Below, piece by piece: positions 1-7,688 of a DNA stretch of 19,856 nucleotides; positions within the stretch are counted from its first letter, which is position 1; each line of letters starts with the position of its first letter. The DNA is from Oligoflexales bacterium (GTDB taxonomy: Bacteria; Bdellovibrionota_B; Oligoflexia; Oligoflexales; Bog-1112): positions 1 to 19,856 of the forward strand of contig JBGCDR010000257.1 of NCBI GenBank assembly GCA_045105515.1. Direction: 5' to 3'. Made by a program: the position numbers and the translations under genes. Under the pieces are notes generated by a model. That model did not search any database, was not told the DNA's origin, and worked only from the letters and a program-made list of their open reading frames with translations.

Positions 1-114
1 TGCTGCTAATGCATTATAAAAAAAACCGTTCGAAACTACAAAAATGTTGTTGGATAAGCATTTTTTTCAGAATTAATTTGTCTCTATTCTGAATCTATGA
101 GTCAGGAGGCTTAA

Positions 115-1371
115 ATGTGGTTTGTCCAAACTAGAATTAAACAGCACATCATGCTAGAATCGAATAGATTAAAATATCAAGGAATATTAATGGTAGGTCA
201 CCCCCCAGAACTTGATGAGACAATGCGCGGTGAATACCGAGCTCACGCCATCGAAGAGCTTGAGCGAACAGAGCAAATAATCTTGGACCTAGAGTCAGAA
301 GAGATAACTCATGATGTATCGAGAAAGCTTCAACTTATAATTCACTCCATCAAGGGAAGTTCTGGATCTTATGGCTTTGACTTCGCTTCAAGTGCCTGCC
401 ATAGTTTAGAAGATTTTATAAATAGTGAACAGCAAAACCAGCAAGATTCTAAAATCGCAGATACAATCTTAAATTATATTGATTTACTTAAAGAATATTT
501 TAAAAATGTTCCATCCGATGATGATGAAGCGATAAATAAATATAAGCAGAGACTGGAATCTCTATCATCAATAAAGAGTAGCGTAGATTATAAGGTGTTG
601 ATAGTCGAACTATCAAAAACCCTGAGTTCTGCTTGTGAGCGTATTTTAAGAAATTCAGGCATTCGGGTAGCAGTCGTCAAAGATGGCTATGAAGCTCTTG
701 GCAGGTTGCTTAGGGAAGAATTCGATTGCCTTATCACTTCTAAAAGTGTCGCAACTATTAATGGAATTCAGTTAGTCCAAGGTTTAAATATTTTTGATGG
801 TCCCAATAAAAATATCTCAAAAATTCTAATAACCACTGACAAGAGAATTCAAATAAGCGGACCAAATTGCTATACATTTATCAAAGACCAAGAGCTGCTT
901 TTGAACTTGGAAACCTTCTTTAAAAAAGCAGTAAATTCTCTTGAAGAGAAGAAAATTGAAAGCTACCAACAAGCAGCCAAAATTCAAACAAAACCACTTA
1001 CAAGAATTCTATGTGTTGATGATGATAAGCTTCTACAAAAGGTTATCAAAATTAGTTTAAAATCGATCCCAAATATCGAGATCGATTGTTGCACTAGCCC
1101 AAATGAGGCACTAAAAAAAGTAGAAGAAAGCATCCCAGACCTTATGATCTTGGATGTTATGATGGAAGAAATGAGTGGGGTTGAGCTATCTAAGCGTATC
1201 AAAGCCTCACATCCCGACATCCCCGTCATCTTTCTAACTGGCACGTCTAAACCACAAGATATCAAAGATTTGAAAGATCAGGGAGCAATTGACGTCATTA
1301 GCAAGCCTTTCAAACCGAAAATCCTCTACGAACAGGTTCTCGCAGCTTGGTCAAATTCACAGCAAGATTAA
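115..1371 (+). CDS. Phosphorelay protein: N-terminal Hpt domain, degenerate (pseudo-)receiver domain and canonical C-terminal receiver domain
   Basis: Hpt motif IIHSIKGSSGSYGF (His codon 343-345). Middle REC-like segment YKVLIVEL...DGYEAL...FDCLITS has Ser at the phospho-Asp position. C-terminal REC is RILCVDDD...PDLMILDVMM...IFLTG...SKPF. AGGAGG at 104-109 precedes ATG 115; ATG 190 (after AAGGA) is an alternative start. Confidence 0.88.
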   Translation: MWFVQTRIKQHIMLESNRLKYQGILMVGHPPELDETMRGEYRAHAIEELERTEQIILDLESEEITHDVSRKLQLIIHSIKGSSGSYGFDFASSACHSLEDFINSEQQNQQDSKIADTILNYIDLLKEYFKNVPSDDDEAINKYKQRLESLSSIKSSVDYKVLIVELSKTLSSACERILRNSGIRVAVVKDGYEALGRLLREEFDCLITSKSVATINGIQLVQGLNIFDGPNKNISKILITTDKRIQISGPNCYTFIKDQELLLNLETFFKKAVNSLEEKKIESYQQAAKIQTKPLTRILCVDDDKLLQKVIKISLKSIPNIEIDCCTSPNEALKKVEESIPDLMILDVMMEEMSGVELSKRIKASHPDIPVIFLTGTSKPQDIKDLKDQGAIDVISKPFKPKILYEQVLAAWSNSQQD

Positions 1372-1420
1372 AAAGTACAGATATTTAAAATAAAATGAAT
1401 TATTAGACAAACCGAGCGGT

Positions 1421-3277
1421 TTATTTGAGAATTTCTTCTATCTTTCTTGCGTTAACTTTATGTCTTTGTGTAAATTCACTAAAGTTTTGAAAAAAAAGAT
1501 TTAAGTCATCGTGCAGTTTTAAAAAGCTCTTTTGCTTGGAATTCTTCTCAGTTTCTGCTTCTAAGTTCAATCCACCTTTATTTGTTACAACACCGAGGGT
1601 AAACATAGCTGCACCCATCAAGCCTGTTCCTACGCTGCCAAGAATCAATTTTCTGCCAGCATATTTTAGCTCGTTTGAGGCGGTCTTTGACAATTCAGAA
1701 GAACCACCCAAATTCTTTGGCGCTCCTAATTTTTGCAAACTGCTTACACCTGCCTGGTGAACCTTATTGCTTATTTTCTGCTTCAGCTCGGAATACCGCT
1801 GACTAAAACTAAGATTCGAACCCGGACCTGAAGCTGGCAAAGTAACGGTCTGTGGTTTTCCTGTACCTTGTGACTCCGCAGAAAGTCCGGCTACGCTTGG
1901 AGGTGTACGAAAAAAAGGATCCACTATACTGGCACTGCTGACTCTGCTTGCTTTGATACCTTGACTCAAACCAACAGCTGACGCAAGACCGGCAACAGTG
2001 CCAGCAAAAATCAAGGTCCAACCTCCCAAATTAGCTGCCAAGCTGCCACTGCTTTCCTCACTTTCTTGGTCTATGGGTGTTTCTTCTACTTCCTGTGCAG
2101 GTGCAGAAATAACTTTGTCATCTTGTTTGTGCCAACATTTTCCTTCTTTAAATTCAAATTCTGGACCTCGGCGTTCACAGTCAACAATTTCTTGTTTTCC
2201 AATATCTTCTTCAGGATATTCAAGAGTTCCAAGCCCACCAGATGGGGCTGCTGGTGGCTGCTGTACTACACCTTCATAAGTATCTTCTGACTTTGTTATC
2301 GGATCATTTAACTCTTCCTCCACGTCCGAGCTACAATCGTCTTCATCAGCTGACAGCTGAAACCCTTTTTTTTCAGAGTCTGCTACCAAATTTGCAGATT
2401 TTTTATCCACTTCAGAGGATATTAGCTCAAAGTTTGAAGTCAAAAATAGCCCATAGTGTTCCCCTAAAGCTAGGTTATTTTCGAGTTGCAAAGCAATTTT
2501 CTGCTCCTCAAATGAAAGTTTTGCTGATTTTGTCTCTTGCAGGTAACGATCAAATCTAGTCAGACTTAGGTAAGCAAGTCCTTTCATACCTGCCTCGTTG
2601 TCAAAATTATCAACCATCAATGACCTCAGGTTTTTATTTACATTCTTATCTTGATAGTAGGGACTGCTTGCTTGTCCATGTTGCTTTTGACAAACTAGCA
2701 TACGATTACTAAACTGAGAGGGGTATCTGACAACAACACTCTCACCTACCTTGCTTGCTCTCTCGTGCCAAACACAAGACCAAGCATAAACATCAAAAAC
2801 CTGCCTTTCTGAAAGACCTGGATTAAATGCAACATTTTGGTAATTCGAAATAATTCCATCATTTCGATCATCTAAGATCAATCTCTCACCTTTTTTAGCA
2901 CTAAGGCATTCTGTTTGGCTCGCAGTTTTTTTGTTGCAAAATCTATAATAAATCACATCTGGCATATCGAAACCATCGGAGTCTGATTGTTCATAAGAAA
3001 CACTAATTTTCACCTCGTTATTGCCTGTGTGAGCACCATCATCATTTAATATTGGTACCGATTCAACTTCAATTTTTGGAGGTTTCAAGGTCTGAGGATC
3101 AATCACTGGAAGCTGTTCCACAATGTGCAATCTATAACAATTTCGACTTACTGAACTTAGTTCATTATCAAGACGTTTTATGGTTGAGCTTTTACTGTTG
3201 GACTTGCAGCTTATGGTTATTAGACCATTAAACATCAGCATTGTCGTAAGAATTACAATATCCGTAAATCGGCCCAT
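1421..3277 (-). CDS. Large hypothetical protein, probable lipoprotein, with Cys-containing N-domain, acidic linker and two Gly/Ala-rich hydrophobic helices
   Basis: 618-aa ORF. The N-terminal hydrophobic stretch ends in LITIS-C(24)KS, a near-lipobox. Hydrophobic segments are LAANLGGWTLIFAGTVAGLASAVGL and LILGSVGTGLMGAAMFTLGVV. No family recognised. Confidence 0.75.
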   Translation of the reverse strand: MGRFTDIVILTTMLMFNGLITISCKSNSKSSTIKRLDNELSSVSRNCYRLHIVEQLPVIDPQTLKPPKIEVESVPILNDDGAHTGNNEVKISVSYEQSDSDGFDMPDVIYYRFCNKKTASQTECLSAKKGERLILDDRNDGIISNYQNVAFNPGLSERQVFDVYAWSCVWHERASKVGESVVVRYPSQFSNRMLVCQKQHGQASSPYYQDKNVNKNLRSLMVDNFDNEAGMKGLAYLSLTRFDRYLQETKSAKLSFEEQKIALQLENNLALGEHYGLFLTSNFELISSEVDKKSANLVADSEKKGFQLSADEDDCSSDVEEELNDPITKSEDTYEGVVQQPPAAPSGGLGTLEYPEEDIGKQEIVDCERRGPEFEFKEGKCWHKQDDKVISAPAQEVEETPIDQESEESSGSLAANLGGWTLIFAGTVAGLASAVGLSQGIKASRVSSASIVDPFFRTPPSVAGLSAESQGTGKPQTVTLPASGPGSNLSFSQRYSELKQKISNKVHQAGVSSLQKLGAPKNLGGSSELSKTASNELKYAGRKLILGSVGTGLMGAAMFTLGVVTNKGGLNLEAETEKNSKQKSFLKLHDDLNLFFQNFSEFTQRHKVNARKIEEILK

Positions 3278-3331
3278 AAATGAATCTCACAAAAACAAGG
3301 TGGAAACAGTCGAATCCCAAGCTGCTATGAT

Positions 3332-3358
3332 ATATCGGAAATTTACTGTAGCTCTGGA
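3332..3358 (-). promoter_or_regulatory. Putative sigma28 (FliA)-type promoter for the 618-aa lipoprotein
   Basis: Minus strand reads TCCAG-N14-TCCGATAT about 55 bp upstream of the start codon. Consensus is T(A/C)AAG-N14-GCCGATAA. Confidence 0.4.
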
Positions 3359-3461
3359 GTTTATTTAAGACTTTTAACTGAATAATACGGTAAGATACTA
3401 ATATTAAGAATTATAAAGCATATACATAAGTTTCTTAAGGGAAAATGCCATGATGAGAGGT

Positions 3462-4403
3462 TTAAGTTTTTTCTTTTCTGCGGGTTGACTGAGTCATTTT
3501 ACTTTCAATCTTCTTTGAGAGCGCGGGAAGATGTTCGTAGCCTCGGCGATTTTCTGAAAGTTTAGCTAAAAATTCGTTTTCGGTGCGCTGTCCTGCTCTG
3601 ACATCTTTTGCCATTGAATTCTCATTTTCTGAAGTTGCGGAAATAAGACTAACTAGATCGACAAAATATCGTTCTTTTCCCTCTGGCCAGTTTCCCCACA
3701 ACTCATATCCAAGCCTAAATCCCTCTTCAAAAACTTGACGCAAGTGCTTCATATCGGCAAGTAATTCACCATTACGACTAAACTCATTTGCAGCACAGAG
3801 TGAATTGATTACCACATTAAATAACCACTTTTTCCTCACAACTGGAACGATTCCGTCGCTCCATTGAAAAAATTCATTTCTATCAATGTTAAATAATTCA
3901 ATTTCGAAACTAGATGGGCTAGTAACAGATCCTCGATTGAGCTGAACAGAGCCCCAAGTTGCTTTGCCCTCCTTGGATTTGAGGGCATAAATTCCATTAC
4001 TAATTTGGGAAACTCCAAATGTACATACGCCCATTCGCCACAGAAAATGCTCATGTTTTCTTGCAGTATTGTAGACGAGGTCTTCAATGGCTCCATTGCT
4101 CAATATTACAACAGGTATTGCTCGTGGCACGTAAGACAGATAACGATCTAAAGCTCCCAATAAATCATAAGCTTTTACCGCAATAAAGACGATTTTAATA
4201 TGGCTCAGATCAGTCTGAGAAAGAGGTTGAATATCTAAGTAAGTTGTTTTACCCCAGGCATCTAGACGACTTCTGATATAGACAGGGCCCTTTCTCCCAA
4301 CAAAACTCGTACGAAAGCCTATCAAATCCAATCGAGATGCTATTGTTGTTCCCACAGCACCGTTCCCGATCACTAAACAATGTGTCCTAGGTGGTTTGCT
4401 CAT
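3462..4403 (-). CDS. panE: 2-dehydropantoate 2-reductase (ketopantoate reductase, PanE/ApbA family)
   Basis: Rossmann motif VIGNGAVG, AVKAYD, ILSNG, KKWLFNVVIN (family W.KL..N..IN) and C-terminal NSMAKDVRAGQRTE (family SSM.QD...G..TE). The length of 313 aa is typical. Confidence 0.85.
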   Translation of the reverse strand: MSKPPRTHCLVIGNGAVGTTIASRLDLIGFRTSFVGRKGPVYIRSRLDAWGKTTYLDIQPLSQTDLSHIKIVFIAVKAYDLLGALDRYLSYVPRAIPVVILSNGAIEDLVYNTARKHEHFLWRMGVCTFGVSQISNGIYALKSKEGKATWGSVQLNRGSVTSPSSFEIELFNIDRNEFFQWSDGIVPVVRKKWLFNVVINSLCAANEFSRNGELLADMKHLRQVFEEGFRLGYELWGNWPEGKERYFVDLVSLISATSENENSMAKDVRAGQRTENEFLAKLSENRRGYEHLPALSKKIESKMTQSTRRKEKT

Positions 4404-4411
4404 AAACTAAA

Positions 4412-4789
4412 TCAGGTCTTTAATTGAGCCTCATCCCAGTTGTAGGTTCTAGGAAGTTTCTTAGCTTGCCGTATCAAAACAGCCTGCTGATTACGCAAAT
4501 ACTGTACAATATTTTTATTCAGAGGATCTACCTTTAATACATCGATTTCTTTTTGAATATCATTTAATTTTTCTACATCGTCTTCTTTTTGATAGATTTC
4601 GTCAAGTATTGAGTTAAACCGAGTCTTTTCTTTCTCGGTAAGACCAGTGGTGTTGCTATAGCGGTGGAATTTATTGATGGTCATAGGCTCTGTATCTATT
4701 ACTACTGAACCATCATCCTTTTTCTGCGTTACGACTCCTGGTTCGGTATACAAACCAGATTTTAAAACGAGATCACCAATGTGAGCCAT
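4412..4789 (-). CDS. Hypothetical 125-aa protein, paralog A of a tandem pair
   Basis: Near-perfect SD AAGGAGGT (4793-4800, minus strand). The stop lies 8 bp before the panE start. Shares EPGVV, GL(T/S), FN..DE and PR.Y with the next ORF. Confidence 0.85.
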   Translation of the reverse strand: MAHIGDLVLKSGLYTEPGVVTQKKDDGSVVIDTEPMTINKFHRYSNTTGLTEKEKTRFNSILDEIYQKEDDVEKLNDIQKEIDVLKVDPLNKNIVQYLRNQQAVLIRQAKKLPRTYNWDEAQLKT

Positions 4790-4818
4790 GATACCTCCTT
4801 TGAGCTGCTAGTTTAGGT

Positions 4819-5199
4819 TTATGGCACCCGTGTTGCGGGGACACCATAGTATCTTGGTGTGTAATGGTTAGTATGCATCACATGAGCCAATTCTGATTTA
4901 TAATAACCTAAGATAATTTTAGAGCCGATACTTGTATCATCGGACAAGGCATGGATTTTTTCTTGAAGCATTTTTACTTGAGCATCTACATCTTTGCTAG
5001 ACTTTACTTCATCCATAAATTGATTGAATTGAGTCCTCTGGTCTGGAGACAGTCCTTTAAGATAACCATGACGAAACTCTTTAGTTACCTTTTCATGTTT
5101 CCTATCGACCTCGAGCTTGGAATTAACTGGATTAATTCCTTTTACAACACCCGGTTCACCTATATGACTAAAGATTGGATCTCTTACATTAAATGCCAT
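4819..5199 (-). CDS. Hypothetical 126-aa protein, paralog B of a tandem pair (start revised from 5265 to ATG 5199, MAFNV)
   Basis: Aligns end to end with paralog A only from Met23 of the tracked ORF. A sigma70-like promoter lies inside the 5200-5265 extension. Confidence 0.82.
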   Translation of the reverse strand: MAFNVRDPIFSHIGEPGVVKGINPVNSKLEVDRKHEKVTKEFRHGYLKGLSPDQRTQFNQFMDEVKSSKDVDAQVKMLQEKIHALSDDTSIGSKIILGYYKSELAHVMHTNHYTPRYYGVPATRVP

Positions 5200-5236
5200 G
5201 TGCAGCCCTAATTTTAATTTAAATCTACTTAAGTGT

Positions 5237-5265
5237 ATAATAACAAGCACTGTATAAGTACTCAA
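5237..5265 (-). promoter_or_regulatory. Putative sigma70 promoter for the paralog B-paralog A-panE operon
   Basis: Minus strand TTGAGT (5265-5260)-N17-TATTAT (5242-5237), with an extended -10 TGn immediately upstream. Confidence 0.5.
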
Positions 5266-5336
5266 TAAGCAAAAATTTTACTTTTAAAACCACATTCTAC
5301 ATATTTTAATCCATTACAATAAAATCCGAATATAGG

Positions 5337-5364
5337 TTAAGAATTTCCGTTTGCTAACCGATAA
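5337..5364 (+). promoter_or_regulatory. Putative sigma28 (FliA)-type promoter
   Basis: TTAAG (5337-5341)-N15-ACCGATAA (5357-5364), close to the TAAA-N15-GCCGATAA consensus and correctly oriented upstream of 5395/5444. Confidence 0.55.
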
Positions 5365-5394
5365 ATATTAATAATATAGGAGTTGGAGAAACAA

Positions 5395-5460
5395 ATGGCA
5401 GCAATTCAAAAGGAAGACTATGTAAGGATATTCAGAGGTTGTGATGGAAAATGTGTTTAA
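5395..5460 (+). CDS. Possible 21-aa leader/small peptide MAAIQKEDYVRIFRGCDGKCV
   Basis: ATG at 5395 has GGAG 6 nt upstream (plus AGGAG at 5378-5382). It ends at TAA 5458-5460 and overlaps the next ORF's start in a different frame. Confidence 0.3.
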   Translation: MAAIQKEDYVRIFRGCDGKCV

Positions 5461-5812
5461 CCTAAAAAAATATAGAGCAGCGAGGAAAAAGTCTTGGCTT
5501 GAGAAACATAATTATATCCTCAACTCATACCTCTACGAATATATGTCACTAAATTTTGGCATTAGCTTTCTCCAGGTTTCCGAATCATATCAAAATATGA
5601 AGTACTCGAATTATGAAGAAGCATGGGACTACATCGACCTAAGAGATTTGCTTCATGAAGCTCTCGAAGCATCTTTCTGCGACCATTTATATTCTCAATT
5701 ATCCCTACAGGGGTGGTTTGATAGAAAACTCTTCACAAAGGAAGAGCTAATCGAGTATTTTTTAAGCCTGTACATAATGGACTCAATAAATACCACAAGT
5801 GGTTTTTTGTAG
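5444..5812 (+). CDS. Hypothetical aromatic-rich, mostly helical protein (about 122 aa)
   Basis: Clean ORF with GAGGT SD at 5435-5439 before ATG 5444 and an N-terminal ENVFNLKKYR motif. No family recognised. Confidence 0.72.
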   Translation: MENVFNLKKYRAARKKSWLEKHNYILNSYLYEYMSLNFGISFLQVSESYQNMKYSNYEEAWDYIDLRDLLHEALEASFCDHLYSQLSLQGWFDRKLFTKEELIEYFLSLYIMDSINTTSGFL

Positions 5813-5838
5813 ATCTTTGTTAACTAAGCAAGGACTGA

Positions 5839-6093
5839 TTATAAAAGCCCGTCACCAAATGACTCTGGACTTGAAGCATGCTCTTCTTTTCCAGCGTCGA
5901 GATTAATCTCCCCCTTCATGACGACCTTGCCCTCAGCAATTTCCCGAAGAGCTGTAACCGCATGCTTATTTTTAGAGCTGACTAGGGGCACACTGCTACC
6001 CATAAGCTGACGAGCGCGATTAGCAGCAACAACTACCAATGAAAAACGATTTGGCATTACCTTTTTACAATCTTCAATAGATACTCGGGCCAT
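5839..6093 (-). CDS. rpoZ: DNA-directed RNA polymerase subunit omega
   Basis: MARVSIEDC...NRFSLVVVAANRARQL...NKHAVTALREIAEGKV is the omega signature. SD AAGGAG lies upstream. Confidence 0.97.
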   Translation of the reverse strand: MARVSIEDCKKVMPNRFSLVVVAANRARQLMGSSVPLVSSKNKHAVTALREIAEGKVVMKGEINLDAGKEEHASSPESFGDGLL

Positions 6094-6283
6094 CCTACAG
6101 AACTCCTTGGGATTCGCAAATAAAGAACAGGAATAGATACCCCAAACAGGTGGGTTTAGTCAAGAAATATACAAAGAAATCGGTTTAATGGTACCTTATT
6201 AGAGATACAAGGGCAATTAATAGAATAATCTTTCTGCTCAATGTCCGAAACCGCAACCCAGAAATCCCAAAAGGTTATTTAAA

Positions 6284-6811
6284 ATGATTTCAGATAGTTG
6301 GACTAAAAACCTAGCAAACTGGCGTTGGAGGGTAGGGGAAAACCAGTGGGACCACAGCCCTGGATTAAACCCTCAACGGCTCTACCAATCTTTTGAAAGG
6401 CTCACTGAGCTCACCAAACAAGCTTGTGAAGGATTTAACCAGCATTCCACCTCACAAAGACAGATTCGGTTTATGGCAGGGCCTGTTGAGATTGCAAAGG
6501 ATTCTGGCTCTTTTTCACTATTGCTTGGACGATGCGATGCCCGTATGACGCTGTCCGGCAATACCCTCACGGCCAATATCGCGACAACTGAGCGATTTAG
6601 CCGATCTATGAACTACTCTGAATCGTTTTCAGCTCATGTTGGAAACTTAGCTGAGATTTCTTGGAAACATTCTGATGGCTTCCTCTATACCGAAGAGCTT
6701 ATAAGTATGCTAATGCTAGAAGCGCTAGTCAAAACTTGGTGGAATTACCAAGGTAGCAGGCTAGAAAAAACTAAGTCAAGAAAGGAAGATGCTCGTGAAT
6801 ATCACTTATAA
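6284..6811 (+). CDS. Hypothetical protein (175 aa)
   Basis: ATG-started ORF preceded by AAGGT, divergent from rpoZ, with its 3' end overlapping the next gene. No family recognised. Confidence 0.65.
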   Translation: MISDSWTKNLANWRWRVGENQWDHSPGLNPQRLYQSFERLTELTKQACEGFNQHSTSQRQIRFMAGPVEIAKDSGSFSLLLGRCDARMTLSGNTLTANIATTERFSRSMNYSESFSAHVGNLAEISWKHSDGFLYTEELISMLMLEALVKTWWNYQGSRLEKTKSRKEDAREYHL

Positions 6812-7097
6812 GCAAGGCTCTCCTGAGGAAATTCTCTCCGCAATAAAAGAAAAACTAGGGGGAAGAAAACTGAGCAAGATGGTCACTTTTGAGCTCGTAG
6901 GCAATGACCTTGCAGTTACCATAAAAAAAATGGGGACATCACACCTCAATTTTAAAAACTATAGCAGTAACAATGGAGTAGAGTGGCGCCTAGAAAACGA
7001 GAAAATAGCCTTATCACATCGAGCTTTTAAAGGCGAAGTCCTAGAGAAGCTAACTCATGTGGTCGAACAAACGGGGGGTGAAATCGCTGAAGCTTAG
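6795..7097 (+). CDS. Hypothetical small alpha/beta protein (about 100 aa, likely GTG start at 6795)
   Basis: AAGGA at 6782-6786 is correctly spaced for GTG 6795 but not for ATG 6789. Protein-like composition; overlaps the upstream stop by 17 bp. Confidence 0.75.
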   Translation: MNITYKQGSPEEILSAIKEKLGGRKLSKMVTFELVGNDLAVTIKKMGTSHLNFKNYSSNNGVEWRLENEKIALSHRAFKGEVLEKLTHVVEQTGGEIAEA

Positions 7098-7098
7098 T

Positions 7099-7656
7099 TC
7101 AGTACCTCTTCATACCTTGATCAATTACTTGAGCCCAGCGATCTAGCCCTCCGGCAAGCGATTTCACTTTATTAAGTCCCTGTTGCTTGAGGTACATTGC
7201 AGCGCTAAAACTTCTCACTCCATGATGACATACTGCAACAACTTCTTTTTCAGAGACTCGCAATTCACCAATGAAACCTCCAAGATCAAGTTCCCGGTGA
7301 AGCAAAGAATCCTCAAGATGACAGATATCGAATTCCCATTTTTCTCGCACGTCAAGGATAATGGGTCGCTTTTCGCTATTCATGAGCTTTTCAGCTAATT
7401 CTTCACAACTAATCTCAATTCCCTTACTCATTCGCACCACTCCTTCCAGCCTTTTCCAAACAGTTGGCTCTGTTAATATGGACTGGTCAATGAGGTTCTG
7501 GATAGTAACAATACCCTTTAAAGGATCAACACCTGTTAAATGAGCGCTGGGTATCGAAAAAACTTCTTCGAGAACCACACCCAAATGAGGGATATTGAGG
7601 GTAGATAGCGACGTAGTCACCGAAAGAGCACTCTTTATGGTCTTTTTACTACTCAA
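7099..7656 (-). CDS. Rhodanese-like sulfurtransferase with N-terminal extension
   Basis: ILDVREKWEF, active-site loop VCHHGVRS and C-terminal SLAGGLDRWA. TTG start, exact start uncertain. Confidence 0.88.
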   Translation of the reverse strand: MSSKKTIKSALSVTTSLSTLNIPHLGVVLEEVFSIPSAHLTGVDPLKGIVTIQNLIDQSILTEPTVWKRLEGVVRMSKGIEISCEELAEKLMNSEKRPIILDVREKWEFDICHLEDSLLHRELDLGGFIGELRVSEKEVVAVCHHGVRSFSAAMYLKQQGLNKVKSLAGGLDRWAQVIDQGMKRY

Positions 7657-7688
7657 ATCCTACCAACCTAATTAACGAAAGGTTCTAA

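Noticed and set aside
6134..6163. Possible sigma70 promoter for rpoZ (TTGACT-N18-TATCTA, minus strand)
   Set aside because: The -35 is good, but the -10 lacks the conserved final T and the spacing is suboptimal. Too weak to list as a feature.
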